Shown: in pieces, positions 13,807 through 26,240 of the stretch
How the letters are laid out: every line of letters starts with the position of its first letter
Numbering within the stretch: the stretch's first letter is position 1
Assembly (NCBI GenBank): GCA_002189035.1
Contig: NEEC01000020.1
Coordinates: 1,240,001 to 1,304,000, forward strand
From: Utricularia gibba
Lineage: Eukaryota > Plantae > Magnoliophyta
Reading direction: 5' to 3'
Length of the DNA: 64,000 nt
Notes under the pieces: generated by a model
The model's input: only the letters and a program-made list of their open reading frames with translations
What the model was told of the DNA's origin: nothing
Databases searched by the model: none
Program-made: the position numbers and the translations under genes

Positions 13807-16800
13807 TATCGTTCAATCAATGTGAAGAAATTCCCAGAAAAAACATTCACACCCGCCTTTCTGTTACTCACAGTGAAACACGTTGAGATGAAACTTGGAA
13901 GCATATGAAGCGGTGGCGCGATGGGCCGTTGCAATTACTGCCCTCGCATTGATGACTAATTATTGGCACTGCTTTCCACCTACACTACAAAAAGTATAAA
14001 CCTGCTGTGCATTTTATTCATAAAAAATTTGGTGAAGGTAGATGGAACACGATACCCAAAAATTTACTCCTTTTGTTTTGTTAATGTGTTTAAATCTCGG
14101 AATAATCGGTGATTCCCACATCCGCTGCGCAGTTGGGGTGAATCAGGTGCGGATTCACAGTACTCAGTTTTTTTTTTGTTTTTTTATTTTAATATTTGTA
14201 ATTATTAATTTTAATAATAAATATTTGTTAATTAATTAATTAAAATCCTAATTATTTTTCATATTTTCATACATCTTGATCTTTGAATGCTCGATAATCA
14301 CACAATGATCATCGTTTATTCTTTATCCTTTTAATTTTTTTTGTCTTTTGTGAATATTTAATTTTGATTAAAAATTATTTTATTTAATATTTTAAAATAT
14401 TTATATAATTTAAATATTATAAATTGAAATTATCTGAATACATCAATAATTTTTCAAATCACAAATCCACACATTCGAATTCATAAATCAACAAATCCAC
14501 GCACCCGTACCTATATATCCTAAGTTTAAATTAGTTATATTTATAAAAAAAAATATGCACAAAAATGTATTTCCAATCAGGGTTTAGTGTTTTTTTGTGG
14601 AAATATACACAAATACTATTCTTTCAATGTAATGAAAGAAATTCCTTGATTAAATTAAAGATGCCGGGGCTAAAAACTGATAGCATAAATGAATGCTAAA
14701 TGGTGAGTAGGGCAGGCTAAACGTAGAAGTAGCATGTGAATCAACCCCCTCTCGTTGCAAACAGGTAGGTTTACATTCACACAATTTTAAAATAATAATT
14801 ATAACGCAATGGAAAGTCATGCGGTAGCATATTTTAATGAAATATTGACAGCCTAAACCTCACAAATTCTAGGTGTATTCATATTTATTCACACTTGTAA
14901 CTTCTTCTTTATAAATATCTAAAAAACAATATCGAATTATCAATACACTAACTACTTTTCATTATTGTTAGCAAATAGCATTCCAGCAAAGAAACGCTCA
15001 ATTAAAAATTCCATGGATAGGCATGCAAGCACAATAGAAACCAAGGTAGAAAGTATCTAGTAAGATATTTACATGCAAGGAAGGCACTTGGACATTGGAA
15101 TGTAACAATGGAAAGATAGGGTGTAGGAAGTATTGAGATAGGCAAGACTTCAAAGTGAAGGCTTTGGTGAGAACTTCTTCGAAATGGCTATAGGCATCGA
15201 TCTTACGAATGAAGTGCAGAGGAAGAGCCGCCTAAGTGGAGTAGCATCTATTAGAACAAATGATTCGTATTAAGATTTAAAAGTAAAATAATTTACAATA
15301 TAAAAAATTATAAATCACTAATAGTTGATTGAATTTAATATTTTCTAACGAGTTTAATGTTTTTTGTGTACTTGACCAACTCATCAAGTCCTTAATTTCA
15401 ATAGCACCTTGGTAAGGAACTGCTCACAGGGTGAATGATCAAGGATAATTGCCTGCATATTGAAGATCCAAGAAAGCAATGTTGGAGAAGCAAGTGCCAA
15501 GGTAGGGAAATAGAAGTTGAGCCTAGCGCTTGTGTGAAAAGACCCCAACTAATGCCCATAGAGGTGAATGAAGAGCGTATAACCATGGAGATCCCAAAGA
15601 CTACAGGAGACAAGTCTTAAGGCATTAGCCTAGAGACTCCTATAATATTGGAGAAAAATACAGCAAAAAGGGAAGTCCCATCATATCACGTATCCATATG
15701 CACGTATATAAAGCAAGAGGAGAAACAAGGACTGCATTTTTGACAAAGGATACGCTGAATTAAAATTTCCTTAGGTGTTGCAGATCTAAAGAATTTCTAC
15801 ATCAAAATATTTATAAACATGCAATCCACAAATATTCTATATGAAAATAAATATAATAAGACCAAGTCCAAATCGATCAATAAAAAGTAGGGATGGAAAA
15901 AAAACCCAGTTTTTTCAAAAATTGAAAAATGGGTTTTCGGTTTTTTTTAAAAAAAAAACTCAAAATTGGTTGGATTTTTTTTTAATTGTAAAAGTTTGCA
16001 TTAGAATACTATTAATATATAATATTAAAATGGTCGGTGTAATACTAAAATAGTTATACATCAAATCATATTAATATACAATATTTAATTGTATTAAAAC
16101 TAGTTTATCATTATAAAAATGTATTTTATGAAAAACTCAAATTTACTTATATTTAACAAAATGAGTTTTTTCGAAAAAAAATCCTTCCCTAATAAGCATC
16201 AATCTGTTTTAATTACAAGTACTATATGCAAGTTAGATTGTACAAAGGATTTTACAAGAGAGTTGAGGTCATTTATAAAAGTATTCATTCTTGATTTCTC
16301 TCTCACACATTAAGTACAAAATAATTTATATACGATGGATAATTTTTTCAAATAGTATTTTAACAGTGGATAATTTTCAAAATCATCCAAAGAGTTGGTA
16401 ACTACATAAATAGAGAGAATCAAATTTATGGTGCAGATTGCTAAGGTACAAAAATGAATAAATGTCATTTTAATCGAAAAGGATGAAAATTACAACTAAA
16501 ACATAAATAGTGTATGCAACTTGAGCAAATAAAGCAAGCAAACAAATTTTGAATTTCTAGGCTAAAGGCTTTAATGCCATTTTTTTTTTTGTCTCCAATG
16601 ATAAACAACAAGCAATTAGTTGAAGCACGTAAGTAATGAAACGATTAAAACACACAAGCCATGAACTAAGATAGTGTTAAACAAATGTCACGAAAATCCT
16701 GAAAATAGTTTTGGGTGATTCACCTTCTGGAGATTGTCTTCAACTCCAGGGCTTTTCTTCATACTCTTCTATTAAGTGTGATTTCATCACACATTTTATA

Positions 16801-17539
16801 TTTTTTTCTATGGTTAAATGTAATTAAAATTATTTATTACAAATTTATGATATAAGTTTTAGTTTTTATTTATATTAGAGCAATTGTATTTATTATTGTA
16901 TTTCATATAATCTTTTTTTGAATTTAATTGTATTTGAGTGTATGATTAAAGAGATATATATAACAGAATAAAAGAGAATACAAATCAAATCCTTATGATC
17001 GATAATTTTACTATGCTTTATACGTTTGACATTTTAAATTTTCTTAAAATTTGTTATGGAATGGCATACATCATATTCCTTACTCTAGTAGATGAACAGT
17101 ATTGGATTGTAAGTGTTGAGTCTCATGAAATATACCAGGCAAGACACTCTCCTTTATAGAAGCAGAAGTAGTAGAGCAACATACATGTGATTGGTTAGAA
17201 GACTACACCCATGTCACATACGCTTTAGAGGTTGCCTCGTGCAATAACTCACTGAATCTCGGGTTGCCACTTTCTTTCAGAAGATGAGTCCATGATAGCA
17301 GCATTCTTAAATCTAATTGAGCTGTATCGGGGATTTGATGAAACACACTTGGGAGGACCCAACCTAGAAAGTGAGTCCAAGGAAGCGCTGGCACATACAA
17401 GCAACGAAATGAAGTTTGGTTCTAAATCAGTTAATAAAGGAAAGGGAAAAATGACTTCACACCTACAAAAATAAAGCAACGAGCATAAAGAAAATGTTCA
17501 GATGTAGGAATTATCGATAAAGTAAATGTTGTTCTAGAG

Positions 17540-18753
17540 TGATGCGTGCCGTTTCCACAACAAATTTTAATATTTTTAAAATTTGTAACACACAAAGAAA
17601 AAGAAAGAAAAAAGAAGAAAAGAAGAAAAAGAAAAGCAAACTAAAAAAAACGGAAAAAGAAAAGCGAAACTCACACATACAACACCAAACACAAAAAAAT
17701 TCAACTCCCCGACAACGGCGCCAAAAATTTGATACGTGGCGTTTCCACAACAAATTTTAATATTTTTAAAACTCGTAAAACACAAAAGCGTAGTATGGGT
17801 GTCGAACACAGGGAATTGTTTTTGAATGAAAATGTGAGGTACCCCAAATACAACTGTATTTCCAGAAACGTTGCGAGAAACGATTTTGCAGGTAAAAGGT
17901 ATCCCAAATACAACGAGGTCACTACCTGTCTATTAATCTTGAGGTACGGCCACTGATAAAACGTTGTTTTCCTCCTACCAAAAGAGCTCAAGTTGGTGCT
18001 TTCCACCTTGCTCCTTTCCAAAACTTGCGGGTAGTGATCAGTTAACCATGAATCTTGAGTAAGAGGGTGTTACAGAAAGATTGTAACATATTCGCGTGGA
18101 TACATACGGAACCTGTTCAGATTAAGAGAAACTGTGAAGATAGGCTAACGAAACATAGATCTGGGGGTATCCCAACCCAGAAACAGAAGTTTCTAGCCGC
18201 GAACGGCCAAACAAACTAAAGGAAACGAAAACAAGGTTCTAGAGAGAAGTTAGAGGAAAATCCTCTAGAGAGAGAAACAAAAGGGAAAACTAAACTAACT
18301 ACTATTTGTCCAACGTCTGAACATAACTTAACTTCAATGAAAGTCTGAGATTTCATGTCCCTGTGGTTATGCTGAACTTGGGTGACTTGCAAGCAAACAT
18401 CTGTTCTGACACTGGTACGCTAATAATGTCGTCTATTAGAGACTCCCGTGTTCCGCACGTCAAAGCTCATGATTAGGTGCATGCAGTCTTCCGGAAATCA
18501 AGGAATGTCAGCTCTGAAAGATCCAATTTGTCATTATCTGATGCCCTCTTTCTCTCACTTACTGCCACGTGTGCGTCTCTAGAAAAACTCAATTAAAGCT
18601 AGTAAAATTATTAGATATAATACAAGATTTAGGATAATTATCCTAAACTAGATAAAAACATAAATCTCATATTATAAACTCCTAATTAGACATTTCTAAT
18701 CACATTTAGACATAAAAACAACCTAATAAATAATAAGAAAATGACACTTAACA
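17540..18753 (-). mobile_element. Internally deleted Athila-like element: full LTR (18753-17730), PBS, short leader, then only the last ~55 bp of the second LTR
   Basis: TGAT(A/G)CGTG(G/C)CGTTTCCACAACAAATTTTAATATTTTTAAAA occurs at both 17540 and 17730. The PBS lies between them. Ends TG...ACA. Flanks TAGAG (17535-39) and TATAG (18754-58) match at 4/5. Confidence 0.75.
17706..17723 (-). other. Primer-binding site complementary to the tRNA-Asp 3' end
   Basis: Minus strand reads TGGCGCCGTTGTCGGGGA, 17/18 identical to the recalled Athila PBS TGGCGCCGTTGCCGGGGA, 6 nt from the LTR end. Confidence 0.85.
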
Positions 18754-20971
18754 TATAGCATTATTTATAATTAAGAATAATGTAAAAAAATGCTTGAAAG
18801 TAAGTTTTTTGTTTTTCAAACTGAAATAAAATGTCCATTATTCTTTCTGGTTCATTTTCTTCTCTATTCTATACATAAAACTTGGGTCAGACCAAAGTTA
18901 GCCCGAATCTAACCTAAAGAACTCCCACCAAAATTCGAGCTAAGGGACAACCTTATGGGGCTTTGAAGGCATGACCTTAACCCATTTATTGATTGGGAAT
19001 ATTAATCCTATCTCATCCATTAGTATAGTGTATTTTAAAATATATTGTAAATATAAATATTTAAATTATAAATATTGATATTAATAAAAATACAAAATAA
19101 TAGAAAATTAACTTCAATTCTCATTAATTATGAAAAAGATAATATCCGCGAAAAAAAAAAATCTATCTAAAAAAATTATAAATAATATTTCATCCTTTAT
19201 AATAAAAAAACGAAAAAAAATATGTTAGACTAACTTTGGTCCTAAATCAGTTATTTAGTGCTAAACACAACTAGCCAAAAGGGTATCTGCCCATTTGGGC
19301 CTATAAACGCAAATTTGGTGCCATGTCATCCATGTTGGGTTGGCCCTTTTTAACTTGGGAAACTATTGTAGACATTGTTTTAAAATTATGGGTTTTACTC
19401 ATGGGATCTCAATGATATTTTAGTGGATTTGATTCAATTCTAATTTTATTTTTTAAAATTTTTTACTGTTTATATTATGGAGATGGTTAAGATCAAATAA
19501 AAGATACGTTATAAATATTTGATATATATATATATATTAAATAAATTTTAATATAGATTTTTATATATGTATTTATACTAAAAGTAAAAAATACTCATTT
19601 GTATTTGGATTATATATTATTTGAATGAATTATGGGAGGATGAAGATTATTTTAATAAATTTTTTTAATTTAATTGTATCAAGTATTTAGGAATATGATT
19701 TTAATTTTCTATATTTTCAATATTTTGATACATTAAATTATGATGTTATAATTATATTCCAATATTTTGATAAATGTAATAAAAAATTAATAAATCCGGT
19801 TCATTCCATTCTAAAATGGATTTAACCTTAAACCATAATTAAACAATTCAATGGATTTAACTCATTTTTAAAAGGAAAAATTTCATTAAAACCATCTAAT
19901 TTATAGTCCATTTTCAATTTTTCCATCAAAATTTTTCAGTTTCAATAAAGCCATTAAACATATAAAAAAAATTTCATTTCAAATATATATATATATATTG
20001 ATTTTTTATAATTGAATAAAAGGATGATAAATCTGATTTAATAAAAATATGATCCAATTTAATACGAAATTTCACTAAATTCATGGAATATACATACAAT
20101 TTTATTTTCATCATAAAAAAATTTATTCACTAAAAAATTTAATCATAATTAAATCATTATACGAAAATTATTAACAATGTCAAAACTATTTTATTTGTAA
20201 TCAAAAGACAAAAAAAATCAATTTTTGAATTAATTTATGATGAATTAATGATTTTTTTTATTAAATTGGATTATATTTTAATTAAATACATGTAAATATC
20301 AGTTTACATAAATAAAAAATGAATTTTATATGTTTATTTTTAAAATTAAAAATTTTTAATATGTTTAATGGTTTTAATGGAACAAAAAAACTTTGATGTC
20401 AAAATTGAAAATGAAAGATAAGTTTGATGTCTTTAATGAAAATTGACCGTTTTTTAAACACTCCTAATTGGTTAGCATTGATGAATGTTGGTTCATTTGT
20501 TCCTTCCAGACACATACTTTTCCCTACTCGCAAATGTTTCCTTTCACAATCTATTAATAATATATATGCGTTAATAAGCATATGATACTAAGATAAATTA
20601 AAGTTAAGCATATGCTCTTGCATTCTAATTTTTTTTAATATAAACAATATTATAATATTTATAATTTAAGTTTAAAATACAGTGGCATGGCTAATTTAGG
20701 TGTAGTAGCAGAGACACCAGGGTCTCACCGGATGATGCGGCTTTACAACTTCAGTGTTAACGTCGTTATTCTCATAAATACGCACTCATTCCCTCACTTT
20801 TGGACTTCCCTTTCTTCTTCTTCGACTTCTTCGCTTCTACTGTTCAGCTTTACCTTTTCTCACCTTCTTCACTACTGTACTTTGTCACGCCAATAGCAGA
20901 CTCCCTCGGGTGAGGCGGAGACGGCTTGAAAATTCTGCGTATAGATCTCACTCTAAGTGGTGTTATTGGCG

Positions 20972-23156
20972 ATGGGGAGTGTTGATTCGGATGAGGGGGG
21001 CGAGGACAGGTGTGGTTCTTACAGTCTTAGCGCCGACGTGAGCGAGTCGGAGAGCTCTAATGATTGTGGCGTGGGTGAGGACGCCGGCGCTTCGACTCCC
21101 GCGCTGCTTTCTCACTTCGCTGCTGGGAGTTCCGCTGCTCTGACGCCAAATTTCAGTTTTCCGCTGGTTGGAGGCAAGGATGTGGTGTCTATCAACCACA
21201 AGGGCGGCTCTGATTTGCTCGGTTTGTGAAAACCCAGAGTTGATTATCCCTAAATTTCCATTGAACGTTTTACTTGGAAAATTGTTATGCTAACAGCTCA
21301 TTTCCCCCGCATTTGCGTTGCTTTTGTTCTCAATGTCTCAATGCTGCAGTAATATTCGGTTGTTTTATGCACAGAGCATCTGTGTGTGTGTTTATTTTTA
21401 CAAGGGGACGTGATATAACTTCAGTTTTTTTGCTTAGAAATTGAAATGATGAAGGAGCGATTCGCTAAGCTTCTCCTTGGTGAAGATATGTCTGGTGGTG
21501 GTAAAGGAGTCTGCACTGCCCTGGCTATTTCAAATGCTATAACCAATCTATCTGGTATATCAGGCAGACTTTCTTTGATTTCCTCGCCATTTCATTATTC
21601 CCTTTGCCTCTAATGCTGTTATGATCTAAGTTGTAAACTCCATGCTTTGAATTGAAGCATCAATATTTGGAGAGCTTTGGAGGCTGGAGCCATTGGCTTC
21701 TCAAAAAAAGGCAATGTGGTGCCGAGAGATGGATTGGTTGTTATCTGTGAGTGATTCAATTGTGGAGCTTGTTCCATCGATACAGCAATTTCCAGGAGGA
21801 GGTGCGTATGAGGTGATGGCTGCAAGACCACGCTCTGATTTGTGTATGAATTTGCCTGCCCTGAAGAAGCTTGATGCCATGTTAATTTGTATTCTTGATG
21901 GGTTTCGAGATGTGGAGTTTTGCTATGTTGATCGCGGAATAGTTCTGGATAATTGTGACAAGTACCCAACAGATTTTAGTGGGAGACCTTCTGTTAGACA
22001 GGAAGAGAAGTGGTGGCTTCCATGCCCTAAGGTTCCTGGAAAAGGTTTGTCTGCCGATTCAAGAAAGAGCCTACAGCAGTGTAGGGACTGCTCCAACCAA
22101 ATACTGAAGGCTGCAATGGCCATCAACAGCAATGTACTATCTGAGATGGCCATCCCATCAGCGTACACGGACACCTTGCCCAAGGTTAATCCTTAGGATT
22201 CATAACTCATGCTGATTTCGACTGCTCCCTAATCTTGTTTGATATTTCGCATGCAGAATGGAAGAGATTGCCTTGGTGATGTTATCTACCGCTGCATAAC
22301 AGCTGATCAATTCTCCCCAGAGAATCTTCTTGACAGCCTTGACTTGTCATCCGAGCATCAAACATTGGACGTAGCGAACAGGATTGAGGCTGCTCTGCAT
22401 GTTTGGAATCTAAAGGACAAAAAGAAAAATCCCAGTGATTTGAAATCTAAAAGAAGGGCTTGGGGTGATAAAGTCATGGGATTTGTAGCCGATGGAGAAA
22501 AGAACAAATTTTTAGCTCAACGAGCTGAAGCTTTTCTGCAGACTCTCCGGCTCCGTTTCCCTGGCCTTCCGCAAACTGCACTTGATATGAGTAAAATCCA
22601 GTACAACAAGGTGCTTCTTCTGTCCACTCATCTCTTTTGATAAAAATTTGCGAATCATCAACACATGCAAAAGATGTCAAATAACAGAAAGTGCATTGCT
22701 GCCTTGCAGGATGTGGGACACGCTATTCTAGAGAGTTATTCCAGGGTAATGGAGAGCTTGGCATTTAACATAATTGCCAGAATTGATGATGTTTTGTATG
22801 TAGATGATGCCACCAGGAGCTTCGCTGTTGTGCAGCCCACCTCGATTTTCAACCGGGGAGGTGGCTTCAACGGGCTCCCTCTTCAAAAGAAGATGTCCCC
22901 CAGCCCCTTCTCCATCCAACACACCCCTTATCTATCTCCATTCGCCACCCCAACATTCTGCTCCTCCCCGCTCTTCCCCAGCAGTCCAAGGGCGGCCACC
23001 CCAGCAAACAAGGGTGGGTTCACGGCTCAGTTGAGCCATAAATTAGACAAAATTGTGCCTGGAGACTTGAACAAACTCTTGTCTGTTACTGGAAACCTTG
23101 GCTCTAGACGGGTTTCCGGAGACTCGGATCGCGAGTGGTTCAGTAACGAGCGGTAG
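20972..23156 (+). CDS. ROPGEF1: Rop guanine nucleotide exchange factor (PRONE domain), ROPGEF1-like, 5 exons
   Basis: Exons 20972-21221, 21438-21554, 21658-22184, 22257-22610, 22710-23156. [80 protein letters not shown]|[27 protein letters not shown]. Confidence 0.95.
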
Positions 23157-23679
23157 AAGGAAAAAGGGGGCGCGAGACTACACTCTGTACATCTTCTCTA
23201 GCGCAACTTTTTGATGGTGAATTCTCGCCTCTGGATGGTCGCTTATGTTATTAACTGTTGTCCAGATTCAAGTTCTTCAGTTAGGTGTATATTTCCTGCA
23301 TTCAGAACACAACTTGGTGCCCTTCGCACTTCTTAATATTTAATAATTTAATAAAGTAAATGTCGTATTTTCTCTGTATTAATAAAATTAATTTTCAAAA
23401 TATTGCATAATGAATATAATTTTAATTTTTAGTCTTAATATTTATTTTTCTATATTTCATATTTTAATGTATTTTTAATTTTTATTGTTTGAATATCGAG
23501 TATAACTAATCTTCACCATTAAAAAACTACACACGATTAATTTTCATTATTTTAATGTTCAAATCAAATTGACATTACAATATCTATTTTTTCTATTTTT
23601 GATATAATTAGTGCAAAAGGTTTTCAATTTTTAGGAAAATTAGTATATAATATAAAAACTCATTTTCCCTCCCTCAAAT

Positions 23680-26240
23680 TGTTGATGCAAATTGATGAGG
23701 AAATGGGCAAGCCATCATTCCCAATCAAACCAACTAGAAGAATTGATTGCAAACTACATTGATAAAGGAGGAAATCCAAGGTAAAATCTACAAGTGCTTA
23801 ATGGCTAAAAATAGAGTTAATACAAAGGTTATCCACACAAGTTTGCAATGGTCAGAAGCCCAAGAATATCTCTATAAGTACGAGTTATTTTGATGTAAAA
23901 TGAAGAACCTCTTCTTTTGAAATAGAAGAAAAGTTCAACTTCATATACTACATATATGTTTAATCCTCTTTATACATACTGCTATTCTACTTTTGTACAC
24001 CAAAATCACATATTTCTACCAAGCAACACAAATACAAAGCCAAAAAATCAAAGAATTATTCAATTCTTCATGGTGAACCCGATGTGAAGCCACATATATA
24101 CATGATCTGCTTTTGGTTCTTTGCTACTTGGAGTACTATATCTTGTACATTGTTTCTTTTGTTTTTTCTGCTAACATGGCAGCCTAGACTTCCACACCTC
24201 CAGTTTTTTATGGCAAGGACCCAAGTAAGTTTCGAGCATGGTCCAGAAAAATGATAGATTACTTTAATGAGCTTGACCTAGCAGATTATTTCACCATAGA
24301 ATCTCCTTCAGAAAAAAATGGAGAGGCTCTCATACGCTACAAAAGAATCAAAAAAAGGGTGCATGTCATTCTAAATTAAGCTATTACCCATGAAGCATAT
24401 GAACATATTTTGGAGTGCAAGACTCCAAAAGAAGCATGGAGAGTATTAGAAGATACTTACATAGGGACAGTTGAAAGCAAGGCTGTTCAGGTTGCAAATA
24501 TTTGGTGAACACGAAGCCGTCAAAAGGTAAGCTTACTTGACTCTCTAAACCAATTTACTGACCTCATCACTACAGGTGTTCACAAAATGTAATTATTAGG
24601 ATCTAAGCATGATGAACACAGACTCAAGGACATTATTATCCATGCGTTGACTCCTTGTTATGAATGAGCGGTGGACTCCCTCTAGATCCATGGCCTGGAA
24701 AAACTGTCTCATGCTGAAGTTCTTCAAAAATTGAGGCGAGTAGAGATTAAAACACACATGCAAACATATGAAGAAAAGGCATTTTCAGAAAAATCTATAT
24801 ACAAGCCACCAAGCAAAAGAGGAGCAAACTCCCAAATGGAAAAATCGGGTGTAGTCTTGAGCAAACTAGGAACATATGTACTTGGGTCACATCCTCCATG
24901 CCCCTACTGTAAGCAGAAGAATGATGCCTCAGACGATTGCTATTGGCATCCAGAAAAACTATGCTACTTTTGTCAAGAAAAGGGACATCTGGAAAGAGTA
25001 TGTCCAATATATGAAACAAATGTTCAAGCGAAGACAAATAGGAGCAAAAGGAGGAATCATTGTCACAATCTCCTCTGATTTCTCTGCAACAACCAAAAAT
25101 GATGTATCCCAATACACTTTAAATAAAAAAAGATACTGTTGATATCTTCTCTTTATGTCAAACCACACAATTTTCTGCACTAACAGATATACAAAATTGG
25201 GTAGGGCTATTAGACAATGGAAGTACAAATCATATCGCTAATGACAATCAACTCTTCACCAGTTACAAAAAGATTCTCACATAAATAGAAATTGCTAATG
25301 GAACTCACATTATAGCCATTGGAAGAGGTAGCATAAAACTGGAAACTTCAACTCACCGAATTCTCCTCAAGTATGTTCTGCATGTACTGGCAGCCTCCCA
25401 CATCTTATTAAGCCTTGGTCAGCTAGTCAAAAAAGGTTGTGATATTCACTTTTGTGACAATGTATGCCACATCAGCATTTCTACATGAGAAAAATACTGA
25501 ACATTTCTATGATGAATAAGGTCTTTCCTATCAACTTGCTCAAGGAAACATAAAATATTACTACTATGGCCTTATTTGTGCAAGTAAAAGAAAACATGCT
25601 TATAGGACATCGAAGATTTGGGCACCACAATCAGATGTCACTACACAAAACATAGAAAAAAGTGTTGCTTAATTGGGTCCCAAAACTAGAATAAGATGGA
25701 GATTGTTGCAAGATCTGTCAAATTGGAAAGATGCCTCGACCACCGTTTGCACCAAGCATAGGGACAGCATAACAGCCACTAGAAGTGATTTGCTCATACG
25801 TTTATAACCCTATTACACCAGCCACTAAAGCTGGGAATCAATACTTTGTATTATTAATAGATGAATTCTCATGAGCAGAAGTTAGAAAATGCTTCATGGA
25901 TTTCAAGGCATTGGTCGAGAATCAAAGCGGAAAAAGGATTAAGGCTTTGAAATATGATAATAGTGGTGAATACATACCACATGAACTTCAAAACTACTGC
26001 CAAGAGCACGGAATTGAAAAGCAAATTTCTGCTCCCTATGCTCCTCAATAGAATGGCATTTGCAAAAGATGAAATAGAACAATCATGGATATGTCACATT
26101 GTTTGTTATTGGAAGGAAATTTACCAAAATTTTTCTGGGGAAAAGCTGTGCATAAAGCTGCTTTTAAAGTATCAAATCTATCTCATATTTTCTTACTATT
26201 CAACCTTCTAGTGCATCATGATGGAATGGATATTATTTAA
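23680..26240 (+). mobile_element. 3'-truncated Ty1/Copia element: putative 5' LTR (23680-24070), PBS, degenerate gag with CCHC knuckle, protease region and integrase
   Basis: TGTTG start at 23680 and CA end at 24070 directly followed by the PBS. gag from ~24176 (PPVFYGKDPSKFRAWSRKM); CYFCQEKGHLERVC (~24960-25000); KALKYDNSGEY..QNYCQEHGIEKQISAPYAPQ.NG (25945-26060). Stops throughout. Confidence 0.85.
24071..24088 (+). other. Primer-binding site complementary to the cytosolic tRNA-Trp 3' end
   Basis: TGGTGAACCCGATGTGAA versus the reverse complement of the recalled plant tRNA-Trp end, TGGTGAACCCGACGTGAA: 17/18. It sits between the LTR-terminal CA and gag. Confidence 0.75.

Noticed and set aside
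14110-14125. TCCCACATC resembling the plant snRNA USE element (also near 60729 and 62377)
   Set aside because: No correctly spaced TATA box and no recognisable snRNA, 7SL, MRP or telomerase RNA sequence downstream.
15398-15900. LTR-U3-like fragment and a TAGGGATG hAT-like terminus at ~15888
   Set aside because: No partner terminus, PBS/PPT or TSD was found.
20687-20896. 69-aa ORF upstream of ROPGEF1
   Set aside because: Low-complexity CT-rich leader translation with no sign of a conserved peptide.
23370-23378. METTL16 nonamer TACAGAGAA on the minus strand
   Set aside because: Single hit, antisense to the ROPGEF1 3' flank, with no hairpin context; compatible with chance in AT-rich DNA.
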